From an uncultured Gammaproteobacteria bacterium (GTDB taxonomy: Bacteria; Patescibacteriota; Patescibacteriia; UBA1558; S5-K13): 62,067 bases of DNA. The stretch lies in NCBI GenBank assembly GCA_964486685.1, contig CAZAOE010000005.1, positions 1 through 62,067 of the forward strand, written 5' to 3'. The notes under the pieces are model-generated. The model was given only the letters and a program-made list of their open reading frames with translations, was not told the DNA's origin and made no database searches. Positions within the stretch are counted from its first letter, which is position 1, and the number at the start of each line of letters is the position of its first letter. This document shows positions 60,251-62,067 of the stretch, one piece after another. A program made the translations under genes and the position numbers.

Positions 60251-61228
60251 CTAAATAAACTTTTTTAAAACCTTATACAAGCTATATATCTTCTGATTAT
60301 AAACTAAATCAAATGTTCCGGGTAATTTTTTTTCCTCACCTCCAAAACCCTTTTTAAAACGAGTAAAACCAGCCCACTTATGTTTTGGCTGATCCACCGG
60401 GGAAATTCCCCAAAAATCATAAAGTTGATAGCCCTGGGACTTGGCCCATTCAATTTGCTCCCACTGTAATAAATGAGGAGCCATTAAATTTCTCTTCTGA
60501 TTAGCCGAAGCACCATGTAAATAGGTTACGGTATCGCCAAAACTAACCACAATATTGGCCGCTAAAACATCTTGCTCGTGTTTGGCAATCCATAAATTAA
60601 AATTTTCTAAAGCCAACATTTGGGCATAATATTTTTTATGATGAGCCGTAAAATCATTGCGTGCTGACGTTTTGGAAATTAAGCTGAAAAAAATATCTCT
60701 AGCCAATTCTTTGTCTTGAATTAACTCTATTTTTACTCCCTTTTTTTGGGCTAATTTAATATTATAACGAGTTTTCTGATGCAGTTGGGCTGATAATTCT
60801 TTTTCTAACTTAGTTAAATCTAATAATAAAGTTCGGCTGGGCTGAAAATCTTTAACTTGCTTAATATTTTCTAAATCAAAATTAAAAATAGGTTCAAAAC
60901 GAAAAAATACTTCACCCATTTCTTTGGTTTCAATGCTTAGGTCGCGAATGGCCTTTAAAATTAATTTTAAATATTTATTTTTATCCTGAACTTGATCAGC
61001 AATAATTGGTCCCCGGGCTAAATACAAATAACTATAATTTAAAAACAATTTTTTTTGGGTAATGGAAGCTATAGCTAAAATTTCATCTTTTTCTATATAA
61101 CCAATTTGCCAAATTTTATTACCCATGTCTTTCTGAAATTTATTCCAAGCAGAACTCTGCAAAAATTGCGAATATTTTTGCCCACTTATAAAATTATCTA
61201 ACTCTTGATTATTTAATTCTTTAATCAT
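60251..61228 (-). CDS. FemABX-family lipid II aminoacyltransferase
   Basis: FLQS..W, RGP, KTRYNI..A.K.GV, YLHGAS, YDFWG, FK.GFGG. Confidence 0.88.
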   Translation of the reverse strand: MIKELNNQELDNFISGQKYSQFLQSSAWNKFQKDMGNKIWQIGYIEKDEILAIASITQKKLFLNYSYLYLARGPIIADQVQDKNKYLKLILKAIRDLSIETKEMGEVFFRFEPIFNFDLENIKQVKDFQPSRTLLLDLTKLEKELSAQLHQKTRYNIKLAQKKGVKIELIQDKELARDIFFSLISKTSARNDFTAHHKKYYAQMLALENFNLWIAKHEQDVLAANIVVSFGDTVTYLHGASANQKRNLMAPHLLQWEQIEWAKSQGYQLYDFWGISPVDQPKHKWAGFTRFKKGFGGEEKKLPGTFDLVYNQKIYSLYKVLKKFI

Positions 61229-61797
61229 TTTTTTAATAACTTTAGGGCTGCTTTAATTTTATCAGACACATTTTCTAAATCTTTAGGAATTTTATTATAA
61301 ACATTTCTAATTTCATCATCTGAAAAACCTAAAACGCTTAAAGCCGAAAAAATCTCATCTAATTGGCTACTTGCCCCTACTTCTTCTTGATTAGCTAATG
61401 CCCCAAACTTACTCTTCAGCTCTACAATAATTCTCTCCGCGGTCTTTTTACCAATTCCAGAAACCTTTTGAAACATTTCTGCATTCCCACTTATAATCGC
61501 CTCTTTTAAATTTGAGACGTCAGCAATTGACATTACATTTAAGGCCGATTTAGGGCCCACTCCCGAAACAGAAATCAATAATTTAAAAAATTCCCGACCA
61601 GCCAAATCTGTAAAGCCATATAATTCTTGAGCGTCTTCTCTTTGTTGGTGATAAATGTAAAAACTGACCTCTTCATCTAACTTAGCTTTAAACAAAATCT
61701 TTTCTGGTAAAAAAATCTCATAGCCAACATCTTTGACCACTAAAATAACATACTTTTCGGTCTTATTAATAATTTTTCCTTTTAAATAAGCAATCAT
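61225..61797 (-). CDS. ruvA: Holliday junction branch migration protein RuvA
   Basis: MIAYL.G, VGY, RED..ELYGF, VSGVGPK, GIGKKTAERI..EL, AL..LGF. Confidence 0.96.
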   Translation of the reverse strand: MIAYLKGKIINKTEKYVILVVKDVGYEIFLPEKILFKAKLDEEVSFYIYHQQREDAQELYGFTDLAGREFFKLLISVSGVGPKSALNVMSIADVSNLKEAIISGNAEMFQKVSGIGKKTAERIIVELKSKFGALANQEEVGASSQLDEIFSALSVLGFSDDEIRNVYNKIPKDLENVSDKIKAALKLLKK

Positions 61798-62067
61798 GGG
61801 CTTAGTATAAAGTATAAAGTTTCCACCAGGGGCGGACCTCCTCCAGGGGCGGACACAACGCCTCTGGCGGAAAAAGGTTAAAGTACTTTATTCTTTATAC
61901 TTTTACCTTTCTACTATATATTATCTTAAGTTGAAATAAGAAGCAATCTATCCCTCACCTTTTCAAAAATTAATTTGCTCTGTTCTTATTAAAAAACTTT
62001 AAAGGTGGGGGGATGAAGAAGATGAGATACATAGGTAACACTCTAAATTTACCAAAATCATTAATTT

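Overview
Very AT-rich bacterial chromosome segment, most consistent with a Patescibacteria/CPR genome (inferred from gene content: standalone SIS PGI/PMI, short SMC, FemABX+MurE, PilB/GspE, tRNA-Ile(UAU), mostly SD-less core genes). Code 11 applies because TGA ends several genes. The backbone is housekeeping: a GT2/GT-C glycosylation cluster, yebC-ruvC, tig, tsaD/E, valS, rpmF-nusB-rnc-smc-rpsP, ftsH, rpsA, infB-rbfA-nrnA-clpP-rny-ymdB-HU, murE-femX-ruvA and four tRNAs. The notable structure is mostly non-genic. (1) Many intergenic regions hold inverted arrays of 7-8 bp units, and GC-rich palindromes are inserted into them, sometimes nested. The same palindromes sit in-frame in rpsA, rpsP, valS and others, and cluster at tRNA 3' ends, one of which carries a small GIY-YIG nuclease. 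(2) An orphan, synonymously diverged copy of the ruvC 3' end flanks an inserted gene. (3) A 1.94 kb island bounded by a 31-bp direct repeat holds integron attC-like halves, a TGA-interrupted NUDIX gene and corA. (4) Several self-contained promoter-SD-ORF-terminator units are present. (5) A PhcB-like methyltransferase is paired with a 7TM-GAF histidine kinase. No CRISPR array, rRNA, integrase or transposase was seen. All calls were made by eye with no database searches.
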